This document shows positions 9,021 to 17,214 of a stretch of 64,000 nt of DNA, in pieces. The stretch is from Actinomycetota bacterium. GTDB lineage: Bacteria > Actinomycetota > Acidimicrobiia > Acidimicrobiales > JAJPHE01. The translations under genes were made by a program, and so were the position numbers. Numbering within the stretch: position 1 is the first letter of the stretch; every line of letters starts with the position of its first letter. The notes beneath the pieces were generated by a model. That model did no database searches. It worked only from the letters and a program-made list of their open reading frames with translations, and was not told where the DNA came from. The DNA lies in contig JAJPHE010000055.1 in NCBI GenBank assembly GCA_021325435.1, positions 49,906 to 113,905 on the forward strand. The letters run 5' to 3'.

Positions 9021-10001
9021 TCATGGCTCGCGCCCGACGTCGGTGGCGATCCGGTCCGAGCGCAGCCCCTTGAACCGTGGGGCCCGCAGGGTGCCGGACC
9101 GGGTCCACTCGGCGAAGGCCACCTCGGCGACCAAGCTCGGTTCCACGAAGCGGGCCGAGCGCCTGACGGGGGGCGGCAGCGGGGGGGTGGCCGCGAAGGG
9201 GCTGTCGGGGCGGCCCAGGCCGGCCAGGGCCTGCCCGATCCGTCCCAGGTCGGCCTCGGAGAGGCCGCTGCCGACCCGGCCGGCGTATCGGAGCTGGGCG
9301 TCCTCGTAGTAGCCGACCAGTAGCGACCCCAGACGACCGGAGCGGCTCCCCTCCCCCGGCAGCCAGCCCCCGATCACCAGCTCCTGACGGCGGACGTTCT
9401 TCACCTTCAGCCAGCAGCGCGACCGGCGGCCCGCCTCGTAGGCGCTGTCCAGCCGCTTGGCGACCAGGCCTTCGAGCCCCTGGCGGCGGGTCGCCTCAAG
9501 CAGGGCGGCCCCGTCACCCACGTGGTAGGCGGGCACCTGCACCCGGCCTTGCGGTCGCACCGTGTCCTGGAGGAGCCGGCGCCGATCGGCATACGGCAGC
9601 TCGACGAGGGATCGATCGTCGAGTCTGAGCAGGTCGAAGGCCACGTAGTGCACGCCGATCTCCGCCATCCGGCGTTGGATCCGGACAGCCCCGGCGATGT
9701 TGATCCGCTGCTGCAACCGCTCGAAGCTCGGCCGGCCGCCCTCGTCGTAGGCGACGATCTCCCCGTCCAGCACGACCCGGTGGCCGCCGGTGGCGTCGGC
9801 CAGCTCACCCAGCTCCGGGTACTGAGGGGTGATGTCGAGCAGGTTACGGCTCTGGAGCCGGACCCCGGAGTCGTCGACGAACGCCAGGGAGCGCACGCCG
9901 TCCCACTTGAGCTCAAAGGCCCAGCGCGACTCGTCGGTGGGCAGCCGGTCCGTCGCCACCGCCCTCATGGGCTCGATCACCTCGGGCACCGGTGGGGTCA
10001 C
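9021..10001 (-). CDS. ATP-dependent DNA ligase (LigD ligase-domain / LigC type)
   Basis: Adenylation motif I ELKWDGVR, DGEIV, and LEGLVAKRLDSAYEAGRRSRCWLKVK (motifs IV-V). Confidence 0.85.
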   Translation of the reverse strand: MTPPVPEVIEPMRAVATDRLPTDESRWAFELKWDGVRSLAFVDDSGVRLQSRNLLDITPQYPELGELADATGGHRVVLDGEIVAYDEGGRPSFERLQQRINIAGAVRIQRRMAEIGVHYVAFDLLRLDDRSLVELPYADRRRLLQDTVRPQGRVQVPAYHVGDGAALLEATRRQGLEGLVAKRLDSAYEAGRRSRCWLKVKNVRRQELVIGGWLPGEGSRSGRLGSLLVGYYEDAQLRYAGRVGSGLSEADLGRIGQALAGLGRPDSPFAATPPLPPPVRRSARFVEPSLVAEVAFAEWTRSGTLRAPRFKGLRSDRIATDVGREP

Positions 10002-10054
10002 CGGTGGTTTGATACCGGCGAGTCGACCGGGCGCAGGGGGGGAACGGAAAGCTG

Positions 10055-10960
10055 GTGACTGTCAGCCAGGACGTGGAGATCGAAGGCCGCACCCTCCGGG
10101 TGACGAATCTCGACAAGGTCCTCTACCCGAACGGATTCACCAAGGCTCAGGTCATCGACTACTACATCCGGGTTGCTCCCGCCTTGCTCCGTCACCTCGC
10201 CGGGCGCCCCATCACCCTGAAGCGTTATCCCAACGGCACCGAAGGTCAGTTCTTCTACGAGAAGAACTGCCCTTCTCACCGCCCGGAGTGGGTGAACACC
10301 GTCAAGGTGCCCCGCGCCCGGGGGGACGAGCGTTTCATCACTTACTGCACCGTCGACGACCTTCCCACCCTCGTGTGGCTGGCCAACCTGGCCGCCATCG
10401 AGCTCCATCCACTGCTGGCCAGGGCCGTCGACGTCGACTCGCCCACCCACGTGGTATTCGACCTCGACCCTGGTCCGCCGGCCGGGCTGCTCGAGTGCGC
10501 TCGCGTCGGATGCCTCGTGCGCCAAGAGCTGGATGGAATGGGGCTGCAGTGCTTTCCCAAGACGTCGGGCTCGAAGGGGCTGCAGCTCTACGTCCCCCTC
10601 AACCGGCCCCACACCTACGAGCAGACCAAGCCCTTCGCCCATCGCCTGGCCGCCGCCCTGGCCCGGCGGCATCCGGAGCTGGTCGTCGAGAAGATGGACA
10701 AGTCGCTGCGCAAGGGGAAGGTGCTCATCGACTGGAGTCAGAACCATCCCACCAAGACGACCGTGGGCCCCTACTCGCTGCGCGCCCGCGAGCGCCCGAC
10801 CGTCTCCACCCCTGTCAGATGGGGCGAGGTGGAGGACCTTCTCGCGGGAGGCGACGCCTCCCAACTCGCTTTTGACGCCACCCAGGTCCTCGATCGGCTG
10901 AACGAGGAGGGCGACCTGTTCGAGCCGGTCGCCACCCTGCACCAGGAGCTGCCGGTCTGA
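10055..10960 (+). CDS. LigD primase-polymerase domain protein (NHEJ polymerase)
   Basis: LRVTNLDKVLYPNGFTKAQVIDYY, VVFDLDP and FPKTSGSKGLQLYVPL are the archaeo-eukaryotic primase motifs of LigD-Pol. Confidence 0.85.
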   Translation: MTVSQDVEIEGRTLRVTNLDKVLYPNGFTKAQVIDYYIRVAPALLRHLAGRPITLKRYPNGTEGQFFYEKNCPSHRPEWVNTVKVPRARGDERFITYCTVDDLPTLVWLANLAAIELHPLLARAVDVDSPTHVVFDLDPGPPAGLLECARVGCLVRQELDGMGLQCFPKTSGSKGLQLYVPLNRPHTYEQTKPFAHRLAAALARRHPELVVEKMDKSLRKGKVLIDWSQNHPTKTTVGPYSLRARERPTVSTPVRWGEVEDLLAGGDASQLAFDATQVLDRLNEEGDLFEPVATLHQELPV

Positions 10961-10968
10961 GCTCGGGC

Positions 10969-11448
10969 TCATCGCCCCGCTTGCACCCACAGCTCCATGG
11001 CGATGTGGGGCCCGATGTCGGGCTCCTCCCACTCCTCGCCGACCGGGCAGAGGCCGAAGTGCCGGTAGAAGCCGACCGCCGGCACTCGGGCGTTGCACCA
11101 CAGCCGCCCACCACCGGCGCCGGCGACGTGCCCGATGGCTGCGGTGAGAACCGCCGCCCCGACACCCTTCCCCCGCATCGTCTCGTCCGTGGCCATACCT
11201 CGCAGCCTCCACGCCGATGAGTCGTCTGCCGCCCACGGTGGCGGCTGGCGCATCAGCGAACCGATGCCCACCAGCCGCCCATCGGTGTCGAAAGCGCCGA
11301 GGTGGCGAGAGTCGGCATCGTCATCCCCTGGGAAGCGGACCTCGTCCATCCGCTGGTGGGGACGCAGCACTCTCTGGCGGAGGGGAAGGGTGGCGTCGGC
11401 GGCGATGGTCCCGACCACCACCGGGCCGTCGAGTGCCGCTCCTGCCAC
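10969..11448 (-). CDS. GNAT family N-acetyltransferase
   Basis: RGKGVGAAVL...ARVPAVGFYRHFGL acetyl-CoA binding region. Start set at GTG 11448 because TACCGT lies 6 nt upstream. The track ORF start (11541) and ATG 11499 are alternatives. Confidence 0.65.
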   Translation of the reverse strand: MAGAALDGPVVVGTIAADATLPLRQRVLRPHQRMDEVRFPGDDDADSRHLGAFDTDGRLVGIGSLMRQPPPWAADDSSAWRLRGMATDETMRGKGVGAAVLTAAIGHVAGAGGGRLWCNARVPAVGFYRHFGLCPVGEEWEEPDIGPHIAMELWVQAGR

Positions 11449-11454
11449 CGGTCG

Positions 11455-11460
11455 ACGGTA
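11455..11460 (-). promoter_or_regulatory. -10 hexamer TACCGT, 6 nt upstream of GTG 11448 (leaderless candidate)
   Basis: TANNNT match and spacing. No SD. Confidence 0.4.
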
Positions 11461-11486
11461 CCGCCGCCCACGCCGGCGCGCGGCGC

Positions 11487-11492
11487 TACCGT
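11487..11492 (+). promoter_or_regulatory. -10 hexamer TACCGT, 5 nt upstream of ATG 11498 (leaderless candidate)
   Basis: TANNNT match and spacing. No SD. Confidence 0.4.
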
Positions 11493-11497
11493 CGGCC

Positions 11498-11887
11498 ATG
11501 CTGGCGCGCGACCATTGTCGGGTGCCCCTCCGCCGCATCAACCACGTGCAGCTGGCGATGCCCGCCGGCCGCGAAAGCGACGCCGTGGCCTTCTACGAGG
11601 GTCTGCTCGGCATCCCCCACGTCCCCAAGCCCGAGCACCTCGCCCGCCGGGGTGGCTGCTGGTTCGAGAAGGGGGACCTGAAGGTCCATGTCGGGGTCGA
11701 CTCGGACTTCGTGCCGGCCCGCAAGGCTCATCCCGCTTTCGAGGTGCAGGGCCTGGGCGAGCTCGAGGCCCGGCTGCGCGGGGCCGGAGCCCCGGTCAAG
11801 GACGACGAGCCCCTCGAGGGGTGGCAGCGGATCTACACCGAAGACCCCTTCGGCAACCGGATCGAGCTGATGGAACCCACCGGCTGA
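11498..11887 (+). CDS. VOC/glyoxalase-family protein
   Basis: INHVQLAMP...AVAFYEGLLG...KAHPAFEV...DPFGNRIELMEP, the typical vicinal-oxygen-chelate fold pattern. Confidence 0.75.
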   Translation: MLARDHCRVPLRRINHVQLAMPAGRESDAVAFYEGLLGIPHVPKPEHLARRGGCWFEKGDLKVHVGVDSDFVPARKAHPAFEVQGLGELEARLRGAGAPVKDDEPLEGWQRIYTEDPFGNRIELMEPTG

Positions 11888-11925
11888 CCTCGGGCGACCG
11901 GCCGCTGTCACACCTCCGGGTCACC

Positions 11926-12966
11926 ATGCCCGGTATGAGCGCTGAAATCTTCCTCGCCCTGGTGGTAGCCGGGTTCCTCGGCGGCCTGGGCGCCGGCCAC
12001 CTGCTCGAACGTCGCCGCCGGGCCACCGCCGTCGCCTCCCTCGTCGAGCCCATCGGGTCGTCACTCGAACGGGTCGAGAGCCGGCTGCAAGAGATCGAAG
12101 CGGCCCGGCGCGAGGCCTACGGGGGCATCACCCAGCAGATGCGGTCGATGATGGAGTCCCAAGAGCTGCTGCGAGGCGAGACGGCGGCGCTGGGACGGGC
12201 GCTGCGCAACCCCGGCGTCAGGGGACGATGGGGGGAGCTGCAGCTGCGGCGGGTGGTCGAGATGGCCGGGTTGGTGGCCCAGTGCGACTTCGTCGAGCAG
12301 CCGGCGCTGTCCGCCGGCGGCGGAGCTCTCCGTCCCGACCTCGTCGTGCGGCTGCCCGGAGGGCGCTCGGTGGCCGTGGACGCCAAGGTGCCCCTCGATT
12401 CCTACATCGAAGCGACCGCGGCCACCGACGAGAAGGCCGTGCGGGCCGGTCTGGCCGACCACGCCCGCCGGCTCCGAGCCCATGTCGCCTCCCTCTCGTC
12501 GCGGGAGTACTGGTCTCGGCTGCCGGGCAGCCCCGAGTTCGTGGTGGCCTTCCTGCCGGCCGACCCGCTGCTGGCGGCGGCCATCGAGGCGGATCCCAGT
12601 CTGATGGACTTCGCCGTGGCTTCCGACGTGCTCCTCGCCACCCCCGCAACGCTCATCGCCCTGCTGCGGGCGGTCGCCCACGGGTGGAGGCAGTCGGCCC
12701 TGGCCGACAACGCCCGCGAGGTGTGCGAGGTTGGTCGCGAGCTGCATCACCGGCTGGGCGCCCTCGCCGACCACTTGGGAGCGGTGGGTCGCAGCCTCGA
12801 TCGGGCGGTGGAGGCCTACAACCGTTCGGTCGGTTCGTTCGAGACGCGGGTTACGGTGAGCGCCCGACGCCTGGCGCAACTGGGGGCGGCCGACGAACCG
12901 CTTGACGCTCCTCAGGCCGTTACCGCCGTGGCCAGGACGCCGAGGCCGCCCGACGCCGCCGCCTGA
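11926..12966 (+). CDS. rmuC: DNA recombination protein RmuC
   Basis: N-terminal TM, coiled-coil, then WGELQLRRVVEMAGL...DFVEQ...PDLVVRLPGGRSVAVDAKVPL...FVVAFLP, the RmuC nuclease core. Confidence 0.85.
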   Translation: MPGMSAEIFLALVVAGFLGGLGAGHLLERRRRATAVASLVEPIGSSLERVESRLQEIEAARREAYGGITQQMRSMMESQELLRGETAALGRALRNPGVRGRWGELQLRRVVEMAGLVAQCDFVEQPALSAGGGALRPDLVVRLPGGRSVAVDAKVPLDSYIEATAATDEKAVRAGLADHARRLRAHVASLSSREYWSRLPGSPEFVVAFLPADPLLAAAIEADPSLMDFAVASDVLLATPATLIALLRAVAHGWRQSALADNAREVCEVGRELHHRLGALADHLGAVGRSLDRAVEAYNRSVGSFETRVTVSARRLAQLGAADEPLDAPQAVTAVARTPRPPDAAA

Positions 12967-12977
12967 CGTTTGGTGGC

Positions 12978-14603
12978 TCAGATGACGGGTTGCTCGGTCC
13001 AGCGGCCGAACACCTGGGCCATGGCGTCGACGATCTCGCCGATGGTGGCGTAGGCACGGGTCGCCTGGAGGATCGGCTCCATGAGGTTGCGGGTGGGGTC
13101 GGCGGCCGCCCGGGTCACCTCCGAAAGGGCCGAGTCGACCGCGCCTTGGTCCCGCGCTGAGCGGACGTGGGCCAGCCGTTTCCGTTGGCGCTCCTCCACC
13201 TCGGGTCCGATGTAGAGGATGGGCGTGGCCTCGTCGTCCGTGTCGGTGAACCGGTTGGCACCCACCATCACCCGCCGGCCCGACGTCAGTCGGGTTTCGG
13301 CCTGGTAGGCGGACTCGGATATCTGGGACTGGAACCAGCCGGCCTCGATGGCCTCGTACACCCCTTCGAGGATCGACCCGTTACCGAGCTCGTCGAGGTA
13401 GGAGAAGACCTCCTCGGCCCGCCGCTCCATCTCGTCGGTCATCCACTCCACGTAATGCGATCCCCCGAGCGGGTCGGCCACGTGAGGAACTCCGGTCTCG
13501 TGGGCGATCACCTGTTGGGTGCGCAGGGCTATGCGGGCGGCCCTCTCGGTGGGCAGGGCCAGCGCCTCGTCGAACGCGTCGGTGTGGAGGCTCTGGGTGC
13601 CGCCGAGCACCCCGGCGAGCGCCTCGATCGCCACCCGGGCGATGTTTACCTCGGGCTGTTGGGCGGTGAGCGACACGCCTGCGGTCTGGGTATGGAAACG
13701 GAGACGCGTCGAGGATTCCTGGCGGGCGCCGTACCGGTCGCGCATCCAGCGAGCCCAGATCCGCCGAGCGGCCCGGTACTTGCCGATCTCCTCGAAGAAG
13801 TCGATGTGAGCGTTGAAGAAGAACGACAGGCGGGGGGCGAACCTGTCGACGTCGAGCCCGGCGGCGACGGCGGCCTCCACATAGGCGAAGCCGTTGGCCA
13901 GAGTGAAGGCCAGCTCCTGGGCGGCGGTCGAGCCTGCTTCGCGGATGTGGTAGCCGGAGACCGACACCGGATGCCAGCGCGGCATCTCCACCGTGGTGAA
14001 GCGGATCACGTCCGTCACCAGCCGCACCGAAGGCCGAGGCGGGAAGATGAACTCCTTCTGGGCCTGGTACTCCTTCAGGATGTCGTTCTGAATGGTGCCG
14101 CCCAGCGCCGACCGCTCCACGCCGCCCTTCTCGCCCACCACCGCGTACATGGCGAGCAGGATCGGGGCGGCGGAGTTGACCGTCATCGAGGTGGTGATCC
14201 GCGACAGGTCGATATCGGCGAACAGGTCCTCCATGTCGGCGAGAGTGTCGACCGCCACCCCGGCCTTGCCCACCTCGCCGAGGCAGCGCGGGTCGTCGGA
14301 GTCACGTCCCATCAGGGTGGGCAGATCGAAGGCGGTCGAGAGCCCGTCACCCCCAGCGCGCAGGATCTCCTTGAAACGGGTGTTGGTGTCCTCGGGGGTC
14401 CCGAAGCCGGCGAACATCCGCATCGTCCACAGCTTCGACCGGTACATGGAGGCGTAAGGCCCCCGCGTGAATGGCCACACGCCGGGGAACTCCCCGTCAT
14501 CAGGTCCGTGGACCGGCGCCACCGGGATGCCGGACAGGGTCTCGAAGTCGGCGTCACGGGTCGTGGAGCTGTCGAACCGGCGCCGCCACTCGTCTCTGAC
14601 CAC
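12978..14603 (-). CDS. acyl-CoA mutase large (substrate-binding) subunit, isobutyryl-CoA-mutase-like
   Basis: WTMRMFAGFGT...GLSTAFDLPTLMGRDSD...GTIQNDILKEYQAQKEFIFP. It has Phe and Gln where, from memory, methylmalonyl-CoA mutase has Tyr/Arg. Only GTG 14603 is available as a start. No B12-binding domain is present. Confidence 0.8.
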   Translation of the reverse strand: MVRDEWRRRFDSSTTRDADFETLSGIPVAPVHGPDDGEFPGVWPFTRGPYASMYRSKLWTMRMFAGFGTPEDTNTRFKEILRAGGDGLSTAFDLPTLMGRDSDDPRCLGEVGKAGVAVDTLADMEDLFADIDLSRITTSMTVNSAAPILLAMYAVVGEKGGVERSALGGTIQNDILKEYQAQKEFIFPPRPSVRLVTDVIRFTTVEMPRWHPVSVSGYHIREAGSTAAQELAFTLANGFAYVEAAVAAGLDVDRFAPRLSFFFNAHIDFFEEIGKYRAARRIWARWMRDRYGARQESSTRLRFHTQTAGVSLTAQQPEVNIARVAIEALAGVLGGTQSLHTDAFDEALALPTERAARIALRTQQVIAHETGVPHVADPLGGSHYVEWMTDEMERRAEEVFSYLDELGNGSILEGVYEAIEAGWFQSQISESAYQAETRLTSGRRVMVGANRFTDTDDEATPILYIGPEVEERQRKRLAHVRSARDQGAVDSALSEVTRAAADPTRNLMEPILQATRAYATIGEIVDAMAQVFGRWTEQPVI

Positions 14604-14628
14604 CTCCCGAGTGTACGGCCAGGTGCGA

Positions 14629-15819
14629 CTAGGGCGGCCCCACCGGTTCGGCGAGCAGGCAGCCTGACCCCACCAGGGCGGCCACCTCCTCGGCGTCCAG
14701 CCCGAGCCACTCCGACAGCACGGCCGTGTTGTGCTCCCCCCGGTAGGGGGCGCCGCCTCTCGCGCCCGTGGGTGAGGACGACAGGTGGTAGGGCGACTGG
14801 ACCACCCGGCGCTGTCCCCCTCCCCGGTCGTCCACCGTGGTCCAGGCGCCGCGGGCGGTGGGGGAGTCGAACGACGCCATGGGCTCTCGTACATCGGCCC
14901 ACGCCAGGTCGGCCCGCTCGAGATCGGCCAGCAGTGAGCGACGGTCGGGGCGGGACGCGATCCATTGGGCGGCCGCCTGGCGCCGGGCCAGGATCTTGTC
15001 CTCCAGCGGGGCGTCAGGCGCCGGGTCGGCCACGCCGAGCACCCGGTTCAGCTGGCGCCACACGTAGCGGAACTCCCCGGAGATCAGTAGCGGCCCGCCG
15101 GGCCCGTCCCAGATCTCACCCCCGAGTCGGCGCATGGGGAACCCGTCGAGGGCGTGGTGGGCGTAGTCGTCGGTGGCCAGCATGGACTCCAACATTGAGA
15201 TCTCGACGTGCTGACCCCGGTGGGTTCGCTGGCGCTCGAGCAGACAGGACAGCACACCGACGAGGCCGTGGAGAGCGGCGTTGGTGTCGGCGATGGAGAG
15301 CATCGGATCACTCGGGGCGCGCTGGTCGAAGGCGGCTTGGCGGCCGATCAAGCCGGACTCAGCGTGGATGACCGGGGCGAAGGCCGCCCGGCTGGCGTCA
15401 CTCCCCTCGGGACCGAATCCGGTCACCGACAGCATGATCAACCCGGGGTTGTCGGCGGCGAGCACCTCCCACCCGAGACCGAGGCGAGCCATCACGCCGG
15501 GCCGGAAGTTCTCGATGAGCACATCGGCGACGCCAGCGAGGCGCCGGGCGAGCTCGACTCCCTCCGGTTGGCGCAGGTCGATGCACACGTTGCGCTTTCC
15601 CGCGTTCTGCTGGGTGTAGAAGCCCGACAGGCCGTGTCTCACCTCTCCCCACACGCGGGTCATGTCCCCGTCGGGAGGCTCGAGCTTGACCACATCGGCC
15701 CCGAGGTCCGACATCATGCGACCGGCGAACGGTCCGGATACGACGCGGGACAGATCGAGGACGCGGATGCCGAAGAGCGGCCCGGAGTGGGCCGGGGCGC
15801 CCGCCGCCCGCTCAGCCAT
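14629..15819 (-). CDS. CoA-transferase family III (CaiB/BaiF)
   Basis: GIRVLDLSRVVSGPFAGRMMSDLGADVVKLEPP...ADVLIENFRPG signature. Confidence 0.85.
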   Translation of the reverse strand: MAERAAGAPAHSGPLFGIRVLDLSRVVSGPFAGRMMSDLGADVVKLEPPDGDMTRVWGEVRHGLSGFYTQQNAGKRNVCIDLRQPEGVELARRLAGVADVLIENFRPGVMARLGLGWEVLAADNPGLIMLSVTGFGPEGSDASRAAFAPVIHAESGLIGRQAAFDQRAPSDPMLSIADTNAALHGLVGVLSCLLERQRTHRGQHVEISMLESMLATDDYAHHALDGFPMRRLGGEIWDGPGGPLLISGEFRYVWRQLNRVLGVADPAPDAPLEDKILARRQAAAQWIASRPDRRSLLADLERADLAWADVREPMASFDSPTARGAWTTVDDRGGGQRRVVQSPYHLSSSPTGARGGAPYRGEHNTAVLSEWLGLDAEEVAALVGSGCLLAEPVGPP

Positions 15820-16288
15820 CCTGTTGGACGACCCTCCAGCTCTGGGAGGCGAGCCCGGTTCCGGTCACGTCGGTCGGCGGGAGGTCCGCCACCTGGATGC
15901 GATAGTGAGCCGACTCGGGCACCGGAACCTGGTACGGGTAGCTGCACGAGCCGTCGCCCAGTGGGCTCGGCGAGCCGAGGGTGGAGCCGGCCAGGGTCCG
16001 CCCCCACTGGTCGACGACGACCACCGACGCTCCGGCGGCGACCCCCGCCGGGGCGGTGGCGCACCCGCCGTGACCATCTCCGGGCGCCAGCACCGTGCCG
16101 TGGATCACGTGGACGCCGCGAGCGGTCGGCGCGGAAGTCGGCACGGGTCCCGGTTGGCGGTGGAGCCGCCCGGCCAGCATCCCACCCCCCACTACGGCGA
16201 CCATCACGAGGATCATCAGGAGTTGGCCTCGGCGGACGGGACGGCCGGTGGGGCGGGGCGGCGTCGCGGTGCGTTGCGGGGATGTCAC
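15812..16288 (-). CDS. hypothetical membrane-anchored protein
   Basis: Single N-terminal TM (LLMILVMVAVVGGGMLAG). GGAAGGAG SD 4 nt upstream of GTG 16288. An 8-nt overlap (ATGGCTGA) couples it to the CoA-transferase start. Confidence 0.5.
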   Translation of the reverse strand: MTSPQRTATPPRPTGRPVRRGQLLMILVMVAVVGGGMLAGRLHRQPGPVPTSAPTARGVHVIHGTVLAPGDGHGGCATAPAGVAAGASVVVVDQWGRTLAGSTLGSPSPLGDGSCSYPYQVPVPESAHYRIQVADLPPTDVTGTGLASQSWRVVQQDG

Positions 16289-16344
16289 GGCTCTCCTTCC
16301 GCCGTCACCTTACCGGCCGGCCCCCGGCGCGCCACACTTGGTGG

Positions 16345-17199
16345 GTGCCCGAGCTGCCTGAGGTCGAGGCCCTCTCCCTGTTCCTTGGCGAACGCACGGA
16401 GGGAGCGATCGTCGAGCGGGTCGACGTGGTCGCGGTCAGCGCCCTCAAGACCTTCAGCCCCTCTCCGGACGAGCTGTGTGGCCGGACCATGCAGTCGGTG
16501 GGCCGGCGGGGGAAGTTCCTCGTGATGGCGACCGACGGCCCCTCGCTGGTCGTTCATCTAGCCCGGGTCGGGTGGATCAGGTGGCGCGACGTTCCCGCCG
16601 GACGGCCGAAGCCGGGCCGGGGCCCGTTGGCCCTGCGGGTGACCCTCGATCGGGGGGAGTTCGACGTGACCGAGGCGGGCACCCAGAAGAAGGTGGCGGT
16701 CTACGTCGTGGAACGGCCCGAGGATGTCCCTGGCGTGGCGTCCCTCGGCGTCGATCCGCTCTCCTCGGAGTTCACGGCCGATCGCCTCGCTGCGCTGCTG
16801 GGGTCGACCCGCCAGCAGCTCAAGGGGGCCCTGACGGACCAGTCCCTGGTCGCCGGGGTCGGCAACGCCTACTCCGATGAGGCGTTGCACGCCGCCCGCC
16901 TCTCACCGTTCAAGGCGGCGTCGTCACTCACCCCCGAGGAAGTGGAGAGTCTGCACACGGCCATCTTGTCGGTGCTGGCCGATGCCGTCGGTCGCTCGGC
17001 GGGGTTGCCGGCTGCCGGCCTGAAGAGCGAGAAGAGGTCGGGAATGAGGGTCCATGGCCGGACCGGAGAGGGGTGCCCGGTGTGCGGGGAAAAGATCCGC
17101 CAGGTGGCCTTCGCCGATCGCTCGTTGCAGTACTGCCCGGGCTGTCAGACCGGTGGCAAGGTGCTGGCCGACCGGCGCCTCTCGCGGCTTCTCAAGTGA
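16345..17199 (+). CDS. Fpg/Nei-family DNA glycosylase/AP lyase
   Basis: Starts (V)PELPEVE, giving a catalytic N-terminal Pro. H2TH region and C-terminal zinc finger CPVCG...YCPGCQ. Confidence 0.85.
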   Translation: MPELPEVEALSLFLGERTEGAIVERVDVVAVSALKTFSPSPDELCGRTMQSVGRRGKFLVMATDGPSLVVHLARVGWIRWRDVPAGRPKPGRGPLALRVTLDRGEFDVTEAGTQKKVAVYVVERPEDVPGVASLGVDPLSSEFTADRLAALLGSTRQQLKGALTDQSLVAGVGNAYSDEALHAARLSPFKAASSLTPEEVESLHTAILSVLADAVGRSAGLPAAGLKSEKRSGMRVHGRTGEGCPVCGEKIRQVAFADRSLQYCPGCQTGGKVLADRRLSRLLK

Positions 17200-17214
17200 C
17201 GGGGCTGGGGAACG

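Noticed and set aside
11497-11500. Divergent gene pairs whose start codons seemed to overlap in a CATG tetranucleotide at three sites (11497-11500, 26359-26362, 61302-61305), suggesting a systematic zero-length intergenic architecture.
   Set aside because: In all three cases the minus-strand gene has a better downstream start (GTG 11448, 26337, 61250). Each is preceded by TACCGT at leaderless spacing and gives a more typical N-terminus. The CATG overlaps are most likely artefacts of longest-ORF extension.
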